This document shows positions 35,329 through 46,720 of a stretch of 64,000 bases of DNA, in pieces. This DNA comes from Mustelus asterias (taxonomy: Eukaryota): the NCBI RefSeq assembly GCF_964213995.1, contig NC_135803.1, forward strand, positions 35,774,001 to 35,838,000, read 5' to 3'. How positions within the stretch are numbered: the stretch's first letter is position 1; each line of letters begins with the position of its first letter. A program made the translations under genes and the position numbers. The notes below the pieces were generated by a model, which saw only the letters and a program-made list of their open reading frames with translations, had not been told where the DNA came from and did no database searches.

Positions 35329-35561
35329 TGTAATGACCTCAACGAGACCCATGAGGTTAGCTTCTTGAGTATGAGATCCCTGATTGAGTTAATGATTGCC
35401 TGTCCAATCAGGGAGTCTCACCTGGATATATATTGAGGAATGTCAGGGCTACTGACACTCTGAATTCTGACTTCGTACCTGAAGCACTCTTTGGAGTGGA
35501 ATTGAGTTTGTAAATAAAGGGAATCTGGTGAAGGGACACCGGCTTCTGAGGAGTTATTTCA
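35329..35561 (+). mobile_element. Short solo LTR in a CR1 remnant
   Basis: TGTAAT...ATTTCA ends, CCAAT, TATA-like and AATAAA motifs; 5-bp TSD TTTTG/TTTCG; splits the CR1 GFVKGKS sequence. Confidence 0.75.
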
Positions 35562-37855
35562 TTTCGTGAAAGGGAAATCATGTTTAACCAATGTATTGGA
35601 GTTCTTTGAAGGAGTCGCCTGCTGTGGAGAAAGGGAAACCGCAGAATGTTCTGTTTAAAAATAAAGTGTCGCCCATTTAACAAAGAGAGTAGGAGATTTT
35701 TTTTTCTCGGAGGATTGAGTCTTTGGAATTCTCTTTTTCAAAGACAGCGCCTTTGAATATTTATTAGGCACAGAGATAGGTGGATCCTTGATTTTAAAAA
35801 AGGTGAAAGATTATCGATGTAAGCAGGTGGTTGCAGTCAGATCAGTCATGATCTTATTAAATGGCGGAGCACGCTCAAGGGGCTGAATGGCCTACTCCTG
35901 CTCCTAATTTTTATGTGTATATAAGTTTACTACACAATATAAAAGCTCATGGTGTTGGGGATAATATATGAGAATGGATAGAAGATTGACTAACTTACAG
36001 GAACCAAAGTCCGAAGAAGTATGTAGTCATGAGGTTGGCAGACTAACTAGTGGATGAGTGATGGGGCCTCAGCTATTTTTCATTTATATTAATAACTTTG
36101 AAGGGACAGACTGTGTTGTAATCAAATTTGCTAATGATACAAAAATAGATGTGAATGTAGTTGTGAGGACACAAATAACCCACAGGGGAATATAAATAGG
36201 TTAATTGAATGGACTTCCTTACTGAGTTTTTGGAATTCTCTATCCCAGAGGTCTCAGAAGCTTAATCATTGAACGTGTTCAAAACAGAAGTACATAGATT
36301 TCTGGAGACTAATGACATCAAGGACATGGCGATAACACTAGAAAGTGGCATTGACATAGATGATCAGTCGTGGACTAACTGAATGGCTCAATGGGCTAAA
36401 TGGCCTATTCCTATTTCCATTAATCATCTATTCCTGATCCCATTTCTTATGTTCTGTGCTTGCTGATCTACATTGTCTCCTGGTCAAGCAACCTTTAATT
36501 TTAAAAAAATTCTCAACCTTGTTTTCAAATCCGTTAATGGTTTTGCTCTTCTCTATCTCAGTAATCTCCTCCTGCCCCACAAACTTCTGGGATATCTGCA
36601 CCCCCTCTAATTCCAGCGTCTTGAACTGGCCTGATTTTAATTGGTCCACCATTGGTGGCTATGCCTTCAGCTGCCGAGATCCTAAGCCCTGGAATTTCCT
36701 CCCTAATCCTCTCCATCTCACTGCCTCTCTTTCATCCTTTAAGATGCTTTGTAAAGCTTAACCGCATTTGGGCTGCCTTATGTTATATCAGCATATATAG
36801 CTCAGTGTCAGATTTTGCTTGGGATATTTTGTGTTGAGGTGCTACATAAATATAAGGTGTCATTTAAAAAATAAATCTATTTATTTGAGTAACTGTTGGT
36901 TCGATACTTGGTACAATATTACTAATATTCACCTCCATTATATATTCTGTTTTTGAGTACTTTCCGTGATACCGAGTAATGCTGCACCTTCATTTCATGG
37001 CTGGTTTTTTTTTACAACATTTGTGATCAAATATTGAGTCCATTTACAAATATCCTATACTGAACATTACAGTCAAGTTAAGCAATTGTGCAGAACACAA
37101 ATGTTGGAACATGTGCTTTGACTTATGAGGCTTTTTGCCCAGAAGACTGCCTCCACCTCCAGTGTCATTAATCAGTCAGTGTATATCTGTGTCAAGATGA
37201 TAGGAATGAAAAAACAAAAAAAGTACCCAGCAGTGTCATCTTCTTTCATTGAAGGGAAGGATACTTCTCCACACTTTTCTGCTTGTCCATCCCACAAGAG
37301 TCGCTTTGTTGAACGGAGTTATGGCTTATGTTTTCATAATGACTACCTATCTTTGAAATGCTACCAGGGCTTTCCAAACTGTGGTTCACAACACACAGTC
37401 AGGTCACAAGATGGAACTTTGGAGTTGAGAGCTCTGAGGTAGCAGTGGCTGCTGTGGAGCACTGACCGAGTGTCAACAGCTGCAACACTCCTTTAAATTC
37501 ACGTGTTTTTTAATGGTGAGCATAGCCGAACTGACCAATTCTTAAAGCCCGATTCCTGCTTCAAAAAAGCCGTTGAAAAAGGTAGGTGCTTTTTATTTTA
37601 AAACCCTGCAGGTTAATCTTGCTGCTCTCCATGCTATCCCGCTCTTACTGTGCTCCGCCCCACCCTGGTCTCACAGCTGTCAACCCCATCCCGCTCTTGC
37701 AGCACTCCACCCCACTCTCAGCTCTCCCTCCCCGGTCTCTCAGTTCTTTCCCAACCCGCTGTGCTTTAGATTCTGAGGTACAATAACAAGTTCTGTTGTT
37801 TGTTTTACATGTAGTGAAGACAACCTCAGTATAAGTGTATTTAATCTCTTTCCAG

Positions 37856-38003
37856 ATGGCGCAGTACTTCTGTACTGGAACCCATAATGATGAAGCATTA
37901 TTCCACCATTATGCACTCAATGTGCCTCTCTACACTCACTTCACTTCACCCATTCGCCGTTATGCTGATATCATTGTGCATCGACTTCTTGCTGCAACAC
38001 TGG
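37856..38003 (+). CDS. DIS3L2: DIS3L2 exon (MAQYFCTG...[32 protein letters not shown])
   Basis: ttccag|ATG ... G|gtaggt; contains the RNB motif [11 protein letters not shown]; 148 bp, ends in phase 1. Confidence 0.97.
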
Positions 38004-38826
38004 GTAGGTTACACAATCTTTGTTACAGGTGTGTGTGTGTGTATACAGTGAAACAAGATGAACCATTAAAATATATTGTATTATGTAATGTTTTAAATAG
38101 AGTTGTGGTGCAGATTAATGTCATGTTTAGATGTGGTTCTCACAAAGATTGATCTTGGTCTTTTAAATTTAGGCTTCCATTGGCTGGCACATAAGCCTTT
38201 GGAGTTTTTTTCAGCCAATGAAAGCCCCTTTTGAGCCAGACAGATCTGGAAGTTTTCAGAATAAGAAAAAAATAAGTGACCTTCTATCAGATGACCAATG
38301 TCTCTCTACAACTATTGGGGTAATTTAAATTATTTTCAACTTCCAGTGTGAAATGCTGATTAAGAAAAGTTGTGTTCCTGTTTGTTGCTGATCTTGCAAA
38401 TAGACTGCTCCTGCTTTCACGCCAAGATATTTGCGGAATTTTATTTGAACCAGTCTCTTAACATAGCAGATATCAAATCTCAAGATGCGTTGACACACTC
38501 AGACAGCCTATTTTAAGTGAATATCTCCAAACCATTTAAGTAATTTGCTTGTCTTTTGTCCTTATTGAAGAAGGGGATTAGGTATCTGTTGCAAATTAAG
38601 ATTTCTATGTGGATTACCAAATGTGTGCTCAGTTTTAAGCAACACTGTGTATGCTTTTTAAATTGAATTCTCTTTCACCTAGAGATGATGTACTAGGTAA
38701 CTGCTATCCAACTGAAGGTCAATATTACATTCATAAAATTTCATCATGCAATTGCCCTTGGGGAGTACAGATAAAAGAGTACATTAGCAAAAAAGGTTTT
38801 TAATGTGTCAACATTGTTTAAATTTT

Positions 38827-39107
38827 AAAGTTTATTTATTAGTATCAGAAGTAGGCTCACATTAATGAAGTTACTGTGAAAATCCCCTAGTCACCACATT
38901 CCAGCGCCTGTTTGGGTACACTAAGGAGAATTTAGCATGGCCAATGCACCTAACCAGCATAACTTTCAGACCGTGGGAGGAAACTGGAGCACCCGGAGGA
39001 AACCCACACAGACACGGGGAGAATGTGCAGACTCCGCACAGACAGTGACCCAAGCTGGGAATCGAACCCGGGTCCCTGGCGCTGTGATGCAGCAGCGCTA
39101 ACCACTA
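38827..39107 (-). mobile_element. HE1-type SINE (second tail type)
   Basis: Reverse-complement homologue of 7547-7850. Confidence 0.88.
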
Positions 39108-39477
39108 TTAGTGTTCCTTTGTTTTAATTCTTCTTTCGTGTAATTGCTGATGTAATAACATCCCCAACATCTAGTATGGATCAATTAGGCTAAATTGAAA
39201 TAAATACGACAGAAAATTACAACTTGTGACTTTTTGACTGGTAAACCCATTACTGGCATTTGTTCATGTGGAGGCCAGTTGTTCCTTGAATAAATTAATC
39301 ATATTGTATGAACTTGCACTTTACTGCTGTGAACGGACTTAAATGATGTCCTGTTCAATTTAAATAAGATTAGTTTTTTTTGTTAACTGCAACTATGTAT
39401 GCATTAAATTATTCCAAAAGCTAAAAAATAAATTAAAACATTGCACCAACCAAACTGTTACATTTTTTTAAGCAGTA

Positions 39478-39655
39478 TATTAGACAGAAAATGCTGGAAA
39501 TAGTCAGCAAGTAAGATGATGTTTTGATGAAAGTCATTGACTTGAAATGTTAATTTGTTTTTCTATCCACAGTTGCTGCCTGACTTGCTGAGTACTTCCA
39601 GCACTTTCTGATTTTATTTAAGTTATTCAGCACCTGCAGTATTTTGCTTTTATTT
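39478..39655. mobile_element. Short palindromic non-autonomous element with a decayed hammerhead core (probably Penelope-derived)
   Basis: CAGAAAATGCTGGAAATAGTCAGCAAGT is inverted against ACTTGCTGAGTACTTCCAGCACTTTCTG; the centre reads TGATGAAAGTCATTGACTTGAAATGTTA. Relatives at about 28729-28809, 29045-29185 and 10365-10470. Confidence 0.55.
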
Positions 39656-39823
39656 TAGAATAACTAGCTGGTTTCATAAACTGCAGCCTAACCAAACATG
39701 AAGCTTCAAATATAATTAAAACATTCTGAGTCATTTTACTAAATAAATTTGCTGGTTAATGGACATTTTTATTTTTAAAAAGTTGATTTTTCCAGTAGTA
39801 AGTACTCTCAATTATGTTTTTAG

Positions 39824-39954
39824 ATTCTGCTCAACAGATTGGTCTAGCTAAAAGTGGCATTCAAAAACAAGCAGACCTTTGCAATGCGAAAAAGAGTGCT
39901 TCAAAAAAAGTGCAAGAACTTAGCGCCGACCTTTTCTTCTCTGTTTTTGTGAAG
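39824..39954 (+). CDS. DIS3L2: DIS3L2 exon (DSAQQIGLAKSGIQKQADLCNAKKSASKKVQELSADLFFSVFVK)
   Basis: tttttag|AT ... AAG|gtaagg; 131 bp, completes the phase-1 codon from the previous exon. Matches the QKQADHCN...SKRVQELS motif. Confidence 0.95.
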
Positions 39955-40058
39955 GTAAGGAACCTTACAATTATTTTGTTGATAGCTTGCAATTGTTTTG
40001 CTGATGAGGTGTACATTAGTGCAGCAGGAACGAAGCATCAAATCAATTAGGAGACCTT

Positions 40059-41106
40059 GGGGCCCGATTCTCCCATCGCGACGCGCTAATTTTTTGGTGC
40101 ATCAGGTTGGGAGATGAGCGTGTCGGCCATTTCGCGGGATTTGCACATGCGTTCCCGATGCATGTGTGCCTCCCACCGCTGGAGAGACCACACTGCAAAC
40201 CGGCGGGAAGACCAGGTAAGTAATTTTAATCTATTTGTAATGTAATTTAAATGTCATTATTGGGCCCGATAGCATCTCCCACCCTGCCAGGAGTGTTTCA
40301 CTCCGGGGTTTAGATTGGCTCCCCATGTTCGGGGAACTAGAGGGAGACACCGCTGGAGTCAAGGGCAATCGGGGCCCTCCAGAAGGTCAGATGGTGGAGG
40401 GTTGGTGCCCCTTGGGCATGGGCACCCTGGCAGCACCAGTGCCAATCTGTGACCCCTTTCACTGCCCAAAGGGCAAAGTGCCCGTGCCCAGGGGGCACCT
40501 GGCACTACCCACCAGGCATCGGACAGTGTCAAGGGGCCTATTATGGGCAGGGCTTAGGGGTGACCGGTGGGGGTGAGGGGTCCCACTGTCACTCTGCATG
40601 GGGATCGGTCGGGACTGGAGAGAGACTAGAGATGGGATGGAGTGGGGGGTAGTCTGCCTCCCGGGGGGTGGGGGCGGGGGTGTCTGCCGAAGTGTAGGGG
40701 TTGCGGGGGGGGGGGGGGGATCAACACTGCTGGGGAGGGGGGGGGGGTTGCTGCTGATCGGGGCTCTCTGGGATGCGGGGATGTTGGGGCTGACCTGGGA
40801 ATGGTCATGGAGGCCATGATCGGGCCATGGGGGGGGGGGCTGGAGGGGCAGCACTGAGGGGGTCCCGGCTGGCCAGCGATTGAGCTGGCCAGCAAACTCG
40901 TGGCTAACAGATCGAGACCATTGTGCGTGCGCAGAGATCTGGGACTATCAGACTCTGGGCTTTTAATGATATTCATGATTGTGACCTCTGCAATGCAGAG
41001 TGTAGGAGATTCGAGTCTGAACTCCCATTGAAAAAACCATCGGGAATTACACCAGTTTTCCCGTGAATTTTCAGCACTTCGAATTTTTTGGGGAGAATCG
41101 GGCCCC
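40059..41106. mobile_element. GC-rich non-autonomous DNA transposon (PIF/Harbinger-like MITE)
   Basis: TIR GGGGCCCGATTCTCCC / GGGAGAATCGGGCCCC; 3-bp TSD (CTT or TTG, offset ambiguous). Related GC-rich pieces at about 29310-29766 and 53208-54330. Confidence 0.75.
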
Positions 41107-42659
41107 TTGTTTCAGCAGACTAGCAGCAATTGAATACATGCCAACTATCAGTATTCTTTGGGGCAGCTCCATGTTAGTATTTGTTGACAAAAATTAGTGC
41201 TGACCAGTCTTGTTGCTACATCGTATCACCCCTGCTCAAATCCTGCTGCTTATCAAAGTGATTTCACCCACTGCATATTACATATGGGAATCAGTTGTGA
41301 GTGCAGCAGCCAGAATCAATACTATTTGCCGCAGTTTTCTGGAAGGAGTGGCATGAAGGAAAACAGAAGAGGAGAAATTAATGGCAATGAAAAGTAGGGA
41401 GGTAGAGGGAGAGAAAATGTAGCAGAAGTTACAAACAGTTCCATGGGAAGGGAAAGAGGAGAAGATCAAAACAGCAATGTGAGTGGGGAACAAAACACAA
41501 TGCCAGTAATAACAGGGAAGAAGTGGTGCCAATAGTAACAGATGAATAGCAGGAGGGAGAAGAGTATCAGCTTGGAGTAAAATGCTAAAGGTGGAGAAGT
41601 GTTCAGAGAGGGGTTTAGGCCTCTATTGGAGAAAGGGGTTTAGTCGGCATACAGTGGTAAGATACATTTATAAGAACTATGTAATTTTAGGTGTAATTAA
41701 AGTGGCATAAATTTAATTGCTTGGCGTATTTGCACCAAGTGCCATATACTCATCACCCCTGTGATTGCTGACTTCGATCAACTCCCAGTCCAATAATGCC
41801 TCGATTTTTAAAATTCTCATTTTCATGTTTAAATCCATTGCCCCTATCTCTGTAACGTCCTACTGCCTTCCAAGATCTCTGTGATCATCCAGTCCTGGTT
41901 TCCTATGCATCCCAGATTTCCTTCATTCCACCATTGGTGGCAATGCCATCAACCGCCTAGGTCCCAAGATTTGTTACTCTAAACATTTTCATCTCTCTAC
42001 CTTTCTCGCCTCAATTAAGCTTTTCCTAAATCTTATTTTTTCGACCAAATGTTTGGTCACCTGCTCGACGATCTCTTTATGTGGCTTGGTGTCAAATTTT
42101 GTATGAAATACACTGTGAAGTGCCTTGGGATGATTTTATTCTGATCACTACCTTGTATCACTCTCCCCTCTTCAAAACACTGCATCCTTCTGGAAAAAGC
42201 TGTCCTAATGCTCGCACACTGAACTGTAGTGCGACTTTGAACCAAGTGTGGAAGTTGGGTGAGAAGAAGGGAATTTTAAATATCTTTCCAAAAATCTAAT
42301 ATTGTTTGTATTTTGGGTTTAACATGTAACTGCATGTACTGTTTAACTTCTAAGTCTCATCCAAGGATCTAAGTACAGGAATAGGAGCTATCCACAGGCA
42401 ACAGCTAACAGAGTTAATTAAAGAAATTAGCTTGATCTAGTCTTGCTATACCTGGACTCAGCTGCTCCCTTTATTCAGAACATATAAATTCAGACACTCT
42501 CTGTATCACCAGCATTGAGTGATGCTTCACTCACAGTGTGGGAGTTTGGTGAGGAGGGGTGGGAAAGTATTCCTTTGCTTTTTCTAACATTTTCACCCGG
42601 TAGAAATTGGTTCTGTTCTACTACAGGGCAGGTGAGCTATTGGTAAATATCTGGTAAGT

Positions 42660-45600
42660 ATTCAAGGTCTATTTTCCTTGAGTTTCAAATAGTACTGGAG
42701 TTTGTATAAGATTGATAAATATCTAAAAAAATAAATAATTGAGTTAATTAAAGCTCATAAGTATGGCAGGACTGGTGATGTGTCAAGGCATGTGGAAATG
42801 CTTGGATACTGATGTTATCCAGAGCAAGCACATTTTCTGTAAGTGTCTGGGGCTTTAGGAGCTTTGACTCAGTCATTGAGCTAAAGGCTGAATTGCAGGC
42901 ACAGTGACACATCAAGGAGGGTGAGAGTTACCTGGATGCTTTGTTTCAGGAGGTGGTCACACCTGCTGGGATAGGATCTTCTGGTTTGGAATGTGGTCAG
43001 GGACAGGAGTGTGTGACTGCAGCTGAGGCAGTTAAGAGAACCCAGAGGGCAGGAGTGTCAGCCACTGCAATTGTCCAACAGGTTTGAAGTTATTTCAGCA
43101 TGTTTGGAGGGGCTGCAGGGTGGATGAGCTGACTGACCATGACACTGTGGTGCAGGAAGCCATTCAAGTGGGGAGAGCACATAAGAATGTAGTGGTAGTA
43201 GATTAGAGAAATGAATGCATGGCTCAAAGACTGGTGTAGAAGAAATGGGTTCTGGTTCATGGCACACTAGTACACATACTGGGGAAAGTGGGATCTGAAC
43301 AATTGAGACAGTTTACACCTGAACTGTGCTGGAGCTGATATTCTAACAAGTTGCATAACTAGGGAAGTAGAGAAAGTTTTAAACTAAATAGTGGGGATAA
43401 AGAATCAACTTTGGGAAGATATGGTAAACTAAAGAGACAAGGCAAGAGATGTAGGTACTTGATATGGAAATGATAGATTGTGACAGAAAGAAAGAGAGAG
43501 TAGAAATTTAAGAGTAAATCAGTAGATAAGGCTGGATGTGACAAAAATAAAAAAAGGCCAAAGCTTAAGCTCTGTGTCCAAGTACACACAGCATTTGAAA
43601 CAAAACATACTGATAGTGCAAATAGAAATTAATAAATACAATCTGATAGCCATTACAGAGACATGGCAACAGATGACATAGATTGGGACCTGAATATTGA
43701 AGGGTCTGTGACATTTAGGAAGGACTTGAAGTTAAGAAAGGGTGGAGAGGTAGCTCTGTTAATTAATGATGGTATTAGCTCATCAGAAAGAGAGGACCTA
43801 AATTCAGGAAACCAGGATGTTGAAGTTTTTGTTGATGTGATGACTTCAGCCGGGCAAATGAGGTTGGCCTGCTGGAGTATGAACTCGCTCCCAATCAGGG
43901 AGCCACGTATTCCCTATTTAAAGCAGGTGTGTCAGTCTCTCTCTCTAGCAGGAAGCTTAACTGAGTGCACTGGGTTGTATAGTATGTTGTGTAAATAAAG
44001 GAACTGCTGGTGACGGGACCATTTTCCCCGTGGATTTATTACATTTGAGATGAGAAGTGATAAAGGCAATAAGTCACTTGTGGGAATGGTGTACCACTCC
44101 CCTAATTATAACCATGTAATAGGGCAGAGTATAAAAGAAGAGATATTAGAAACGTACTGCAATAATCATGAGGGATTTTAATCTACATGCAGATTGGAAA
44201 AATCAGGTGGACAAAGGTAGCATAGATGAGGAGTTCATAGAATGTTTACAGGATAGATTCTTAGAATATTTAACACGTTCTGGAGCCAACTAGAGGGCAC
44301 TCGACTGTAACGAGATAGGATTAATTGATAACCTCTTAGTAGCACCAATCATAATATGATTGAATTTTACATTCAATTTGAGGGAGAGAAGAATATGTCC
44401 AAGCCTAGTATTCTAAACTTAAATAAGGGTCACTATGAGGGCAAAAAAGTGGTTCTAGCTAAAATGAACTGGCAAATATGAAAGTGATAGATCAACAGAG
44501 GCTCAGTGGCAGACATTTAAAGGGACATTTCAGGAAAATACAGAATCGACACATTCCAATGAGAAAGAAAAAATCCAAGGGAAGGACCCACCATCATCTG
44601 TAGTTAACTAAAAAGGTTAAAGGCAGTGGCTGGAATTCTTTGGTCTCACATGCCCCGCTCCAGCTGCCAATGAGAATGCCAAATCTCTGTTCACAGCAGT
44701 GGGACCAGAGAATCCCAGCCACTGATGAGGTCAGAGATTCTGCCCAGTATTAAACTTGAAGAAAAAGCATATATTTGCTCAAAGACAAGTGACAGGTCAG
44801 AAGATTGGAAAGGATATTAAGAACATCAAAGGATGACAAGAAGATTTGATAAGGAAGGAAAAACTAGAGTATGCGAGAAAGTTGGCCAATGATGCAAAAA
44901 CAGATTGTAAGAGTTTCTATAGATATTTAAATAAGAAAATAGTTAACTAAGTGAGCACTAGTCCTATAGAAAATGCATCTGGGGAATTGCTAATGGAAAG
45001 TAGGGCTATGGCAGATGAATTAAACAGGTATTTTGCATCTGTCTTCACAATAGAGGACACAAGTAACATCCCAGAAATAGCTGTGAATCAGGAAATGGAA
45101 GGGAGGGAGGAAATTTACACCCACCAAGGAAGTGGTATTGAGCAAATTGGCTGACAAATCCTCTGGTCTGATGGACTTTATCCTAAGTCTTGAAAGTAGT
45201 GGCTAATGAGATAGTTGATGCATTGGTTTTAATTTTCCAAAATTCCCTAGATTTGGGGAAGGTTCCATGAGATTGGAAGATAACAAATGTAACTCCTTTA
45301 TTCAATAAGGGAGGGAGACAGAAAGCAGGAAACTATAGGCCAGTTAGCCTAACATCTGTCACAGGGAATTAGAAACCATCATTAAAGATATTTTAGCTGG
45401 GCATTTGGAAAATTTCAAGACAATCTCACCGAGTCAACATGGTTTTGTGAAAGGGAAATTATGTTTAACCAAGTCATTGGTGTTCTTTGAGGGAGTCATA
45501 TGCGCTGTGGATAAAGGGGAACTGGTGGATGTACTGTACTTAGATTTCCAGAAGGCATTTGATTTCCAGAAGGCATTTGATAAGGTGCCACATCAAAGGT

Positions 45601-46720
45601 TATTGCATAAAATAAAAGTTCATGATGCAGACAGTAACATATTGGCACGGATTGGAGATTGGCTAGCTAACAGGAAACAGAGTTGGCATAAATGAGTCTT
45701 TCTCCAGTTGGCAGCTTGTGACGAGTGGTGTGCCACGTGAATCAGTGCTGGGACCTGAAGTTTTTACAATTGATATAAATGACTTGGGTGAAGAGACTGA
45801 AAATATGGTTGCTAAATTTGCTGAGGACACAAAAATAGGTAGGATAGTAAACTGTGAAGAGAACACAAGGAGGCTACAAAGGACATAGGTAGGTTAAGGG
45901 AGTGAGTAAAAATCTGGCAAATGTAAAATTGTTCATTTTGGCAGGAAGAATAAAAAAGAAGCTTATCTAAATGGTGAGAGATTGCAGAGCTCTGAAGTGC
46001 AGAAGGATCGAGGTGTTCTAGTACACGAATTGCAAAAAGCTGGTGTATATGTACAGCAAGTAATTAGGAGAGCTAATAGAATGTTATCATTTATTATGAA
46101 AGGAACTAATTAAAGGTGGGGAGGTTATCCCTCAGTTGTACAGGGCATTGGTAAAACTACATCTGGATTATTGCATACAATATTGGTCTCTTATTTCCAC
46201 AAGGATATTGCATTAGAAGCAGTTCAGAGAAAGTTTTCTTGACTAATACCAGGAATGGGTGGCTTGTCTTATGAGGAAAGGTTGGAGAAGTTAGGTTTGT
46301 ATCCACTTGCGTTTAGAAGAGTAAGAAGCAACTTGATTGAAACCTTTCTAACCCTGAGTGGTATTGACAGCATGAATGTGCAGTGAATGTTTCCTCTTGT
46401 CAGAGAACCTAGAACTAGGGGTCATTGTTTAATAATAAGGGGTTGTTCACTTAAGCTAGAGATGGGGAGAATTTTTTTTTCTCTCAAGAGGGTTGAGAAT
46501 CTCTGGAACTCTCTTCCTCAAAAGGCAGTGGAAGCAGAGTTTTTGGATAATTTTAATACAGAGCCAGATAGATTATTGATTAACAAGGGGGTGAAAGGTT
46601 ATCGTGGGTAGGAAGGAATGTGGGTTTGAAGTTATAAGCAGATCAGCCATGATCTTATTGAATGACGGCACAGGCTTAAGGGGCCGAGTGGCCTACTATT
46701 GCTCCTAATTTGTATCTACT
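42660..46720 (+). mobile_element. Near full-length but decayed CR1 LINE (ORF1, APE and RT remnants), carrying a solo LTR and a short MITE (about 44628-44744)
   Basis: Degenerate ORF1 C..C..L region, IAITETW, MADELNRYFASVFT, QHGFVKGK, YLDFQKAFDKV and a CR1 3' tail. Confidence 0.85.
43836..44043 (+). mobile_element. Short solo LTR, related to 35329-35561
   Basis: TGTGAT...ATTACA ends; shares CCAATCAGGGAG and GTAAATAAAGG; TSD GTTGA/TTTGA. Confidence 0.75.

Noticed and set aside
40325-40976. Pro/Gly-rich ORFs (also at 29307-29911)
   Set aside because: They arise from G/C runs inside a non-autonomous transposon.
45543-45580. 18-bp tandem duplication (DFQKAF twice) in a CR1 RT
   Set aside because: Ordinary slippage mutation in a dead element.
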